Assembly: GCA_030018265.1 (NCBI GenBank)
Contig: JASEFX010000002.1
Span: 45,506-109,505 of the forward strand
DNA from: Candidatus Saccharicenans sp.
GTDB lineage: Bacteria; Acidobacteriota; Aminicenantia; Aminicenantales; Saccharicenantaceae
Length of the DNA stretch: 64,000 nucleotides
Direction of reading: 5' to 3'
Shown: one piece after another, positions 28,772 through 38,800 of the stretch
Numbering within the stretch: position 1 is the stretch's first letter
Layout: each line of letters begins with the position of its first letter
The notes under the pieces: model-generated
The model's input: only the letters and a program-made list of their open reading frames with translations
Told to the model about the DNA's origin: nothing
The model's database searches: none
Translations under genes and position numbers: made by a program

Positions 28772-31700
28772 AGAAAATAAAAAAAGTTCTTCTTCTCGGC
28801 AGCGGAGCCATAAAAATCGGCGAAGCCGGCGAGTTCGATTATTCCGGAAGTCAGGCGATAAAAGCCCTGAAAGAAGAAGGACTGGAGGTGGTCCTGATCA
28901 ACCCCAACATCGCCACCATTCAGACCTCCGAATTCCTGGCCGATAAAATTTATTTTCTTCCGGTCGAGCCTTATTTTGTGGAAAAAATCATCGAAAAAGA
29001 AAAGCCCGGAGCGATGATGATTTCTTTCGGCGGACAGACCGCCCTCAACTGCGGGCTGGCTCTCTGGAAAAAAGGCGTTATGGACAAACATAAAATAGAA
29101 GTGCTCGGCACCAGCCTGGAATCGGTGGAAATTACCGAAGACCGCGGTCTGTTCAACCGGACTCTGATAGAAGCCGGGCTGAAAGTTCCTCGCGGACTGG
29201 CGGTAGAATCAGTTGGGGATGGACTGAGAGCAGCTGAACAGATCGGCTTTCCGGTAATGCTCCGCTCGGCTTTTGCTCTCGGGGGTAAGGGCAGTTTCCT
29301 CTGTTACAAAAAAGACGAACTTGAAGAGAAATTGCGGGTAGCTCTCTCCGAAACCCGCCAGGTTCTGGTCGAAGAATACCTCGAAGGCTGGAAGGAAATT
29401 GAATATGAGGTCATTCGCGACCGGGCGGATAACTGCCTGGCCATCTGTAACATGGAAAATATCGACCCGATGGGCATCCATACCGGCGAAAGCATCGTGG
29501 TTGCGCCATCTCAGACTTTAACCAACTCCGAATACCACCGTCTCAGGGAAATAGCTTTCCGGGCAGTCAGAAAATTGAGCATCATCGGGGAATGCAACAT
29601 TCAGTATGCTCTGAATCCGGAGAACGGCGACTACCGGATCATCGAAATAAACGCCCGGCTGTCACGCTCCTCGGCTCTGGCCTCTAAAGCCACCGGATAT
29701 CCATTGGCCTTCATGGCCGCAAAATTAATGCTTGGTTATACTCTCCCGGAGCTCAAAAATCCGATCACCCGCGCTACCACTGCCTGTTTTGAGCCGGCTC
29801 TCGATTATGTCACGATAAAGATACCGCGCTGGGATCTGAAAAAGTTCGCCCGCGTCTCCCGCAAGATCGGTTCGGAGATGAAATCCGTGGGTGAGGTCAT
29901 GGCCATCGGCCGGAATTTCGAAGAGGCTCTGCAGAAAGCCCTGCGAATGCTCCAGATCGGGATGTACGGTTTTGTCGGCAACGAAAATTATTCCTTTAGA
30001 AACCTGGAAAAAGAACTATCGAATCCCACCGACGAAAGAATCTTCGGTATCGCCGAAGCTTTCAGGAAAGGCTGGTCAGTGGAAAAAGTTGCCAGTTTGA
30101 CCAGGATTGACCCATGGTTCCTGCACAGGATGAAAGACCTGGTGGACATGGAAAAAAGGCTCCGCAGCTATTCTCTGAAGTCGCTTCCGTATGAACTTCT
30201 GCTGGAAGCCAAGAAAAAGGGATTTTCAGACAAACAGATAGCCATTTTTACCTCAAGCAGTGAAGCTGAGGTCAGGGAAAGACGCCGCCAGCTTAAAATC
30301 AGCCCTTCGGTCAAGCAGATCGACACGCTGGCTGCTGAATATCCGGCAAAAACAAATTATCTCTACCTGACTTACAACGGACGGGAGGATGATGTCCGCT
30401 TCCGTCCATCCCGGAAAAAAATTATGGTGCTCGGCTCCGGACCATACAGCATCGGCTCTTCTGTCGAGTTTGACTGGTGCGCCGTTAACACCGTGCGGGT
30501 TCTGCGCCAGCTCGGGTATCAGACGCTCATGGTGAATTACAATCCTGAAACCGTCTCCACCGATTACGATATGTGCGACCGCCTGTACTTCGATGAACTC
30601 AGCTTCGAGCGAGTGCTGGACATATATGAAAAAGAAAAGCCGGCCGGAATCATAATCTCGATGGGCGGCCAGGTGCCCAACAACTTAGCCTTAAAACTTC
30701 ATCAGGCCGGAGTGCGAGTCCTCGGCACCTCTCCTGAGAGCATCGACCGGGCAGAAGACCGCCACAAATTTTCCCGCCTGCTGGATGAGCTGAGAATAGA
30801 CCAGCCACCGTGGAAAGAAGCCACCAGCCTGGAGGAAGCCCGAAAATTCTGCGACCGAGCGGGCTATCCGGTCATCATCAGGCCTTCCTATGTGCTCAGC
30901 GGAGCCGCCATGAGCCTGGTGTTTGAAGAAAAGTCTCTGGAGAAATACCTTAAAAAAGCATCTCTGATTTCTCCAGAGCATCCAGTGGTGATTTCCAAAT
31001 TTATCACCGGGGCCAAAGAAATAGAGCTGGAAGCGGTGGCCAGCCGCGGTAAAATCGTAGCCTCGGCCATCATCGAACACATAGAAAATGCCGGTGTGCA
31101 TTCCGGCGACGCCACCACGGTCCTGCCGCCTCAGAAGCTTTACCTCGAAACCATCCGGCGCGTTCGTCTGATCGGCGAAAAAATTGCCCGGGCGCTTAAA
31201 ATAACCGGCCCGTTTAATCTGCAGCTTCTGGCCAGAGAGAACGAACTTAAAGTCATAGAATGCAACCTCAGAGCATCACGCTCCCTTCCTTTCGTCTCGA
31301 AAGTTTCGCGGATTCCGTTTATCGAACTGGCGGTCAGAGCCATGCTCGGACTTCCTGTAAGTAACGGACGCTCGATATTTGAATTGAACCACGTCGGAGT
31401 TAAAGCCCCGCAGTTTTCTTTCTCCAGGCTGAAAGGAGCTGACCCGCGACTCGGCGTGGAAATGGCTTCTACCGGCGAGGTGGCCTGCCTGGGCGACGAC
31501 CTTAACGAAGCGCTTCTCAAAGCCATGCTGGCTGCCGGCTACAGGCTTCCGGAAAAATCGATTCTGCTGAGTCTCGGTGGTGAAAAAAACAAACAGAAAT
31601 TTTTAGATGCAGCCCGGATGTTAGAGAAAACCGGATTTAAAATTTCCGCCACCGAAGGCACTTCCAGATTCTTAAAGCGACAGCGGATAGAAAACTTCAT

Positions 31701-31956
31701 GCTTTTCAAGATACACGAAAAGCGACAGCCCAATCTGCAGGATTATCTTCTGGAAAAAAAGGTTGATTTTGTGATTTCCGTTCCCGACCCGGGAAAACCG
31801 GCAGCCTTTGACTCCGATTACCGGATGAGGAGGCTGGCAGTGGACCTGGGTATTCCAGTCATCACCAACCTGCAGTTAGCCGAGTCTCTGGTGAATGCTT
31901 TTGCCTCGAGAAAAATTGAAAGTCTCAAGATAAAATCCTGGGACGAATATGATTAA
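28768..31956 (+). CDS. carB: carbamoyl-phosphate synthase large subunit
   Basis: 1062 aa with duplicated ATP-grasp halves, an MGS-like C-terminal domain and an ATGA overlap with carA. Confidence 0.95.
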   Translation: MKKIKKVLLLGSGAIKIGEAGEFDYSGSQAIKALKEEGLEVVLINPNIATIQTSEFLADKIYFLPVEPYFVEKIIEKEKPGAMMISFGGQTALNCGLALWKKGVMDKHKIEVLGTSLESVEITEDRGLFNRTLIEAGLKVPRGLAVESVGDGLRAAEQIGFPVMLRSAFALGGKGSFLCYKKDELEEKLRVALSETRQVLVEEYLEGWKEIEYEVIRDRADNCLAICNMENIDPMGIHTGESIVVAPSQTLTNSEYHRLREIAFRAVRKLSIIGECNIQYALNPENGDYRIIEINARLSRSSALASKATGYPLAFMAAKLMLGYTLPELKNPITRATTACFEPALDYVTIKIPRWDLKKFARVSRKIGSEMKSVGEVMAIGRNFEEALQKALRMLQIGMYGFVGNENYSFRNLEKELSNPTDERIFGIAEAFRKGWSVEKVASLTRIDPWFLHRMKDLVDMEKRLRSYSLKSLPYELLLEAKKKGFSDKQIAIFTSSSEAEVRERRRQLKISPSVKQIDTLAAEYPAKTNYLYLTYNGREDDVRFRPSRKKIMVLGSGPYSIGSSVEFDWCAVNTVRVLRQLGYQTLMVNYNPETVSTDYDMCDRLYFDELSFERVLDIYEKEKPAGIIISMGGQVPNNLALKLHQAGVRVLGTSPESIDRAEDRHKFSRLLDELRIDQPPWKEATSLEEARKFCDRAGYPVIIRPSYVLSGAAMSLVFEEKSLEKYLKKASLISPEHPVVISKFITGAKEIELEAVASRGKIVASAIIEHIENAGVHSGDATTVLPPQKLYLETIRRVRLIGEKIARALKITGPFNLQLLARENELKVIECNLRASRSLPFVSKVSRIPFIELAVRAMLGLPVSNGRSIFELNHVGVKAPQFSFSRLKGADPRLGVEMASTGEVACLGDDLNEALLKAMLAAGYRLPEKSILLSLGGEKNKQKFLDAARMLEKTGFKISATEGTSRFLKRQRIENFMLFKIHEKRQPNLQDYLLEKKVDFVISVPDPGKPAAFDSDYRMRRLAVDLGIPVITNLQLAESLVNAFASRKIESLKIKSWDEYD

Positions 31957-32121
31957 TATCTCGAAAAATTACCAACCTTTATTTTCCTGAAGTATTGTTC
32001 CATAAATTTACTGCCCGCGTCTTTTCCTGTATTCTTTTATTAACAGGAGCAATTAATATATCTTTTGCTTCATAACCGGCTTTTCAATAAGAACCACCTC
32101 CTCCATTAAAAAAATCGAAAC

Positions 32122-32150
32122 TTGACTTTTGTTCCTAAAAAAAATAAAAA
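32122..32150 (+). promoter_or_regulatory. weak candidate promoter in the AT-rich spacer upstream of the giant ORF pair
   Basis: TTGACT-N17-TAAAAA inside a 326-bp AT-rich intergenic region. The -10 match is only 4/6. Confidence 0.25.
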
Positions 32151-32282
32151 ACGGAAAAGGGTTTTTTTCAGGAGGGCAAAAAGGAAAACTTTCATTTGCT
32201 TCTTCAAATCCTTTTCAGGCACCAGCTGGTAATTTTGAACCGCCCGCCGGAAACCAACCCTCATTAATAGAAGGAGTCATCG

Positions 32283-35200
32283 ATGTCTGACCCGAAATCC
32301 TGCAAGCCGGAGGAAAAGGGTAAGACTCAAAAAACAGGTCCCATCTCCAGAAGAAAGTTCCTTTCTTACGCCGGAATCCTTGGAGCCGCGCCGGTAATCG
32401 GCCAGCTGCAGCAGATCCAGAAAAAGGTTATTTCACAAAAACAGATAGTTCTGCCCCAGGCCGGGCTTTTGCTCAAAGCCTTCAGGCCTGACGACTTGCT
32501 GCTTCTGGACTTTGAATTCCTGAACCTTAAACTGGTCAACCTGCCGCGCCCACACCTGGTGCGGGAAAACCCGTCGCTTCCAGCCTATCTTATCGTGCAC
32601 CTTCCCCCGCAAAGTACTGCCGAAGAAGTTTTTTATGAAGCCAGCACTCCGGCCGAATCAGAAACGCCGAAGCCGCCGCCAGTTTTCACGAGAATTTCCG
32701 GAGGAAGCCGGCTGGCTTTTTTAATACCCGACGAGATCAAGGAAATTCCCCTGACCCTGGAATCTCTTCTGGCCTGGCACCTGTACCAGCCGAGCCTGGT
32801 GCCGGTCGCCCGGATTTTCCCCGAGCCGGGACCGAAAACAACACCGGTCACTCAACTTTTAACGAGTCGGCCAGCTACCGCTACCCGATCGCTTCTGCCA
32901 AAAACAGGACCATCAACTCAGACTCTTTATTTGAAACATAGTCGGCTCGTCCAGACGCAGGTCGGCGCCCCTCTGAGAGCTTCTCTGAAACCTTCACCGC
33001 CGGAGAAACATCAGACCGCCATCGAATTTCCTTACCGGCTGATACTATCGCCCAACCCATACAACGTCTGGCTTCACTCCGCCAGCACCACCTCCACTGC
33101 TGGCTGGACTGAACTCTGGCATACCAGACTGGCCGCCCTGAACCCTGACGGCACGGTCAGCGAATCAGAAAATCCCTATCTGGCAGTCAGAGCGGTCTGG
33201 TCGCCCGACGTTGACCTGAATAATTTATCCGGTCCGCCGAAGGAATCAAAACCGCGCCTATCTTTGAGCCCCAACGACCGCCATCAGATTGTCCACCTCA
33301 GCAGCAATTTCGCTCTTAAAAATCCTGACCAGAGTTTCTATGACCCCAGACCGGTTAAAGTCAACAGAATGATGCTCAGCTCTCTGGGAGCCTGGCTTGA
33401 TTCTGTCGGCCACTGGAATCCAATGTCTCCTCTGTCGGTTACTACCTGGCAGCATTTAGCCACAATGGGACGCGACCATTTTGTCAGGGTGGTGTACAAG
33501 GGCTATCTTCTGCCGTTCGGACACCGGGCAGCTCTGGTGAAAGAGGTGGAAAGAAAATTTTATAAGTCTAAAGATGGACAGAATATAGCTTACCTCTTCC
33601 AGAAACAATATTTGATAATTCGCGATCCCGACAGGATTTTCCCCGCGCCCTTCCAGCCAAATGAAGGTCGGGATCTGCCTTTTAGAATGGTGAGAATAAC
33701 CTGTAAAAAGACGCCACCGCTGGACGATCCGGAGAAAACGGAGGTCCTGCCCGACTCCAGGAAAAGCGCTTTCTGGCCAAGGGTTGGCGGAAAAGATTTT
33801 GAATTTCATGTGGTAGCCGTCGACCATGGTGGACAGGAAATCGAGTTCCGCCTCCCTATGATTTTTATCGATAACGAATACGCTTTCTGCATCACTAAAA
33901 TAAAACAGATTACAGGCACCTATAACTCAAAAATATCAACCCCTCTGGAAAAAAGAAGACTGGCTCTGATGGGTCAGAGCATTACCTTTGCCCCGGAAAA
34001 AAGTAAAGGAGACACCGCTTTCGAAGCCTGTTACCTGACCTGGAAGTTAGTCGAAGCCGGACCGGGTTCTTCCATCGATGCTTTCAAGCTTCAGGATCAG
34101 CCGATGTGCTTCCCGGCACTGGAAGAAGCTGAAATTTCCATACCGGCGCTAAAAAACCTGGTCGGGTTTGAAACCACAAAGGTTCGATATGTCGAAGCCT
34201 ACCTCAAAAACGGCTTTTCCTCGGCCGCTAATAAAGGCGAACTTTTATTCCAGATTCCCGCACTTCCCCGGGTGAATTTCGGGTCGGGCGGCAAGGCTGA
34301 TAAAGCTGGTGGCATTGCCACCCCCAGCTTTTCCGTAGGAGGGCTTTCCAGAACGCTGGGACCTGTAGGAGCGCCAGATGTAGACAAAGCAATAGAAAAA
34401 ATAATAGATGAGTTCAAGGAAGAACTGGCTTCGCAGCTACCCGACCTGGAAGAGCTGGAAAAGTTGATCAGGGAGACGATCGAAAATGAACTCCGGGATT
34501 ATCTCCAGGGAACCCTGAACGACCTGCAGGCAGCCGCAAAAAAGTTAAAAGACGAGCTTCAGAAAAAGTTTGGACTTGAAATTAAAGATGAGCGCTTAAA
34601 AAACACCTTAAACAGCGCCGGAGAAGAACTGAAAAGCGCTTTCAACGATGCCCTGAATGATATTCTCAAGGGCAAATTCGACCCTGAAAAATTTTTCAGC
34701 AAAGAAGCAAAAATTCTCGGTGGAATTCTGCTCAAAGATATCATCGGCCAGGTAGATGATTTCACCGGTCCTGCCGACAAAGATAAGGCGCTGAAGATTA
34801 AAAACGAGCAGATTTACGAAAGCGACGGCAAAACCCCGGCCGGCATCAAGACCTTACTCAAATGGACACCTTCTGTCTGCGACTTTCTGATATTCATTGC
34901 CAGCCGCGACGGCACCAGCTCTAAACTCACGCTCGATGCTGAAGCTATAACCTACTTTAACGGCAAAGAAGCCACTTTCAGGGTCAAAGGCGAGCTGACT
35001 GATTTTACCCTGGACCTGATAAAAGGGATATACACTTTCGTCCTGGTTAAATTTTCAAAATTCACCTTTATCTCCGAAAAGGGCAAAAAAACTAAAGTCG
35101 ACCCGAAGATTGCCTCCATTGAATTTCGCGGGCCTTTAAAATTCATCAAAGAACTCCTGGATAAAATCCCGCTGCCCGGCGGCTTCAGCGGTAATGGCGT

Positions 35201-35843
35201 TTTCGGCGGACAACCGATAATTAAGGTGGACGCAGCCGGCGCGAAAATGGTTTATGTGCTCGCCATACCTGATGTGGCTTTCGGTGTTTTCACCCTGCAG
35301 AACCTGAAGTTCAGCGGAGAAATCTATCTGCCATTCACCGGCGACCCGGTTTCTTTCAGGTTTGCCTTCAACGAAAAGCATAATCCCTTCCGGGTCACTG
35401 TTTCCATGTTTGGCGGTGGTGGCTTCTTTGCCATCGTACTCCAGCCGCGCGGCATAAACCTGATCGAAGGGGCTCTCGAATTTGGCGGCAGTTTTGCCAT
35501 GAACCTCGGTGTGGCCAGCGGCGGGGTCACCCTGATGGCCGGAATCTATTTCAAATACGAAGACGATGCCCTGACGCTCACCGGCTATGTCCGCTGCACC
35601 GGCGAGCTGGAGGTGCTGGGACTTATCAGCATTTCGGCTGAATTCTATCTCTCCCTGACCTATGAAGAAGCTCGCAATCGGGTCTGGGGTCAGGCTTCTC
35701 TGATGGTAAAAATCAAAGTCATCTTTTTCAGCACGAAAGTCACACTGAAAGTCGAGCGCGAGTTCGGACATTCACCCGCGCCGCTTTTCTGCGACCTGAT
35801 GGAAGAGAAAGACTGGCTGGCTTACTGTGAAGCCTTTGCTTGA
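32283..35843 (+). CDS. giant hypothetical protein 1 (1186 aa) with a Tat-type signal, coiled coil and Gly-rich beta-strand C-terminal module; family not recognised
   Basis: The frame is uninterrupted for 3.56 kb, and an SD (GAAGGAG) lies 5 nt before the ATG. It has an SRRKFLSYAGILGAAPVIG twin-arginine leader and a P/T/S-rich linker. A heptad-like segment runs DKAIEKIIDEFKEELASQL...LKDELQKKF. The C-terminus has FGGGGFFAIVLQ...LEFGGSFAMNLGVASGGVTLMAGIYFKY. Confidence 0.85.
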   Translation: MSDPKSCKPEEKGKTQKTGPISRRKFLSYAGILGAAPVIGQLQQIQKKVISQKQIVLPQAGLLLKAFRPDDLLLLDFEFLNLKLVNLPRPHLVRENPSLPAYLIVHLPPQSTAEEVFYEASTPAESETPKPPPVFTRISGGSRLAFLIPDEIKEIPLTLESLLAWHLYQPSLVPVARIFPEPGPKTTPVTQLLTSRPATATRSLLPKTGPSTQTLYLKHSRLVQTQVGAPLRASLKPSPPEKHQTAIEFPYRLILSPNPYNVWLHSASTTSTAGWTELWHTRLAALNPDGTVSESENPYLAVRAVWSPDVDLNNLSGPPKESKPRLSLSPNDRHQIVHLSSNFALKNPDQSFYDPRPVKVNRMMLSSLGAWLDSVGHWNPMSPLSVTTWQHLATMGRDHFVRVVYKGYLLPFGHRAALVKEVERKFYKSKDGQNIAYLFQKQYLIIRDPDRIFPAPFQPNEGRDLPFRMVRITCKKTPPLDDPEKTEVLPDSRKSAFWPRVGGKDFEFHVVAVDHGGQEIEFRLPMIFIDNEYAFCITKIKQITGTYNSKISTPLEKRRLALMGQSITFAPEKSKGDTAFEACYLTWKLVEAGPGSSIDAFKLQDQPMCFPALEEAEISIPALKNLVGFETTKVRYVEAYLKNGFSSAANKGELLFQIPALPRVNFGSGGKADKAGGIATPSFSVGGLSRTLGPVGAPDVDKAIEKIIDEFKEELASQLPDLEELEKLIRETIENELRDYLQGTLNDLQAAAKKLKDELQKKFGLEIKDERLKNTLNSAGEELKSAFNDALNDILKGKFDPEKFFSKEAKILGGILLKDIIGQVDDFTGPADKDKALKIKNEQIYESDGKTPAGIKTLLKWTPSVCDFLIFIASRDGTSSKLTLDAEAITYFNGKEATFRVKGELTDFTLDLIKGIYTFVLVKFSKFTFISEKGKKTKVDPKIASIEFRGPLKFIKELLDKIPLPGGFSGNGVFGGQPIIKVDAAGAKMVYVLAIPDVAFGVFTLQNLKFSGEIYLPFTGDPVSFRFAFNEKHNPFRVTVSMFGGGGFFAIVLQPRGINLIEGALEFGGSFAMNLGVASGGVTLMAGIYFKYEDDALTLTGYVRCTGELEVLGLISISAEFYLSLTYEEARNRVWGQASLMVKIKVIFFSTKVTLKVEREFGHSPAPLFCDLMEEKDWLAYCEAFA

Positions 35844-35857
35844 AAGGGAGAACCAAA

Positions 35858-38800
35858 ATGGCAAGGTCAACCATAATGTGGACTTTGTGTCCGGATGGGG
35901 TAAAGGACGGGAAGCTGCGGTTTTCAGCCGCTGTCTCGATACGTCTGGAAGATGAAGCCGGCGGGAAAACGCACGGCCTCCACCTGTTTCCGGAAATTCT
36001 GAACTGGCCGGAAACGGTGAAATCCATCAACTTCGGCCTGCTGTACGAAAGGAAAAGATCCCCCGAACCGCTCGAAGTGAAGCGACTTTCCCCCGACCCC
36101 GAGCTCGAACTCTGGCAGGCCATTTTCAGACCCGAAGCTCCAGTTTTCAGTTTCAAGATGGCTGACCTGAGCAAGAATCTGGTGGTATCTTATCCTGTCA
36201 GGAACGTGCTCACCTTCATTGCTTCCCAGTACCTGAACGTGGCTTCCGAGTCGCCTGAAGAACCTCCGCCAATAGAAAAAGTTTTTCATACCGAAGGCCT
36301 GGCTCAAATCAGGCTTAAGCCTATCACCGAACCGAGGTTTGCCCGAACGGTTCAGCTGAGAACCACCACTCAGATTATGGCTCAGGCCGTCAGGCGGGAA
36401 GCTGAAAGCCAGAAATTTAGAGCGGTTCAGGTCTCGCCGCTCCCGCAGCCGCCAAAAGATTTCTTCCTGCTCAGAGATTTCCACCGCCCAAAGAATAGAA
36501 TTACCTTCGACCCGAAAACGAAACAGCCAATCGTAAGAAAAGTACCCATCTCCAGACCGGAAATAGATTTCCATCAGGCTCTGGCTTTCCTCACCAACTA
36601 TCCGGCCCTGATGAGACTCCTGGGGCTGGCCCTGGACTTTGAAGTCGATATTCCACCCGACTTTCCTGCGAACGGCTGGATAAAAATCGTGCCCGGCAAC
36701 CGCAACGACCGGTGCCCCCGCACCGCTTACAATTTCGACCCGGCCCGCGGTGTGTTTAAAGCCGCAGCCAGAAAGAGGCCGCCGGAAATTGTCGGAGGAT
36801 TCCTGAACCTGTCGGATGAGGAGCAGTACGACCTGGTCCAGCTGGATGTGGATTCCGTCGCGCTGAAGGCGGCGGAACTGGCCGATACGGCCGAGACCAG
36901 AACCAGAGCTGAACTTCCAGCTCTGCGCTCGAGCGGACTCGGCGTTGTTCGCAATGAGCAGGGAAAGAACATAGCTGAAATTCTGGTCCGGGCGGTTGAA
37001 CTCAACAACGATTTCGTCCGAAAGAAAGAAATCACCCTCTACGCCGAAGACCTGATGCAGGGTTACCGGGTAGACGTTTGGGACGATAAAACAAGAACAT
37101 GGCGCTCTCTCTGCCAGCGAATCGGAACTTATAAATTCCTCCGGATCGACCGTGAGCTGACACTGGAAGATGAAGGTTTTATCTCTCCGGCCGTCACCCA
37201 GTCGGCCGATGAATCATCGGACGATATCTTCGCTCATGAATCACTTTTTCACTGGGATGGCTGGAGCCTGGTAGCGCCGCGGCCGGGAAAAACAATCGAC
37301 CCGAACGACAGCCCGCAATCGATTGAAAACAAAGCGATGACCGATTTCCTGCTGGAAACAAAGTTCAAGCCAAAACCCGGTTCATTGCCGAGATTGCGGT
37401 ACGGAGTCGGCTACAGGTTGAGAGCCAGGGCAGTGGACGTGGCCGGCAATTCCCAGCCTCTGGAGAATCCCGACGATAGTTGCGCCATCCCGCCTCCTTC
37501 AAAACCTCCGTTTGTTTTCTCCAGGTTCGACCCGGTGCCTTCCCCGGTGGTGATACTCCGGGAGGCGCCGAAAAGCGGCGAAGACGTCGACCACGTGGTG
37601 ATTAAAAGCTACAACGACTCCCCTGCGAAAGATGCCGTTCCCACTGATCAGGTGGCTGACCGTCATCTTGCTCCGCCGAAAATCTCCCAGCTCGACTGTG
37701 AATTCCACGGTTTATTTGACGGCCCATCCGGTCTGAAGCCTGAAGTATACTCTCTTATCTGCCAGAGAGACCCGGGTCAATTCAAAGAGCTGGAACCGGG
37801 TGAGCAGTTAGAACTTTCATATTTTCCTGATCCCTGGGCCCGAGGCGTCTGCATCAGAGGACTTCCCTGCGGGTCGCCTGACCCGATGCTGATCGAATTC
37901 TCCGGAGACTGGCCGGATTTTCGTCCTTTCAGAATAAGACTTCAGGAGGGCAGTCAACCGGCTCGCTGGGACGAAGCAAAACGTCTTCTGACCATTTATC
38001 TTAAAAAAGGCGAATCGGTCACCCTTAAACTCAGCTGCTATTTTCCGGAAAGATTTCTGCCAGTCCAGGGTCTGTACCGCTGGCTGGAGAAACCGGATAG
38101 GATCATTCCTCAGAAAGTTCTCCAGCCGCCTCGCGGATTGCCCGAAGGCCAGATTCAGGTTTTAAGAACCCTTCAGCCGCCACGGATAGATCTAAACAAA
38201 ATAAGGACACTCTCCATTCAGGGCCGCAACTGGCTGATGACCCCGTTCCGTGAAATAACCCTCATTCATGCCACGCTTCAGCCGGTCGGCATCCCGCGGT
38301 CAAGGTTTATGGCGGCCGAAAGACAGCTCGGCCAGACTTCTGCCGTTCTGTTCGGAGAATTTGAAATCCACGGGCCCAGCACTTCCAAAGCAGAGCTTCT
38401 GGCTTCCTGGGAGGAACCGGTGGATTACATCCACGAGCCCGGCCCCAGAACCATTCTGGGAAAAGCTCATGTGCTCGAATTCAAAATTGACCCTGGCATG
38501 AATCTTCTTACTTTAACCCCCGGAGATGAAGCCCGCACACCTTCAAAGTCCGGGCAGTCTCAACTGCCATCCAGGCCTCCAGTTACCGCCCTGGCCCCCG
38601 CCAGACGCCAACCTGTTTACCGTCACGAATTTGGAGATACCAGATTCAGGCGGGTAAATTACCGCCTGGTCTGCACCACCAGATACATGGAACAATTCCC
38701 CGAAGATGAAATCCGGGAGGGAGTTGAATATGCCAGAACGAGCGAACCGGTGGAAGTTAAAGCGTTGAACACGGCACCGCCGGCGATGCCGAAAATCGTT

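Noticed and set aside
32215-32235. A possible sigma54 (-24/-12) promoter, GGCACcagctGGTAA, upstream of the giant ORF pair.
   Set aside because: The -12 element does not contain the required GC at the correct spacing from the GG (TA occupies that position), and no enhancer-binding protein gene is nearby.
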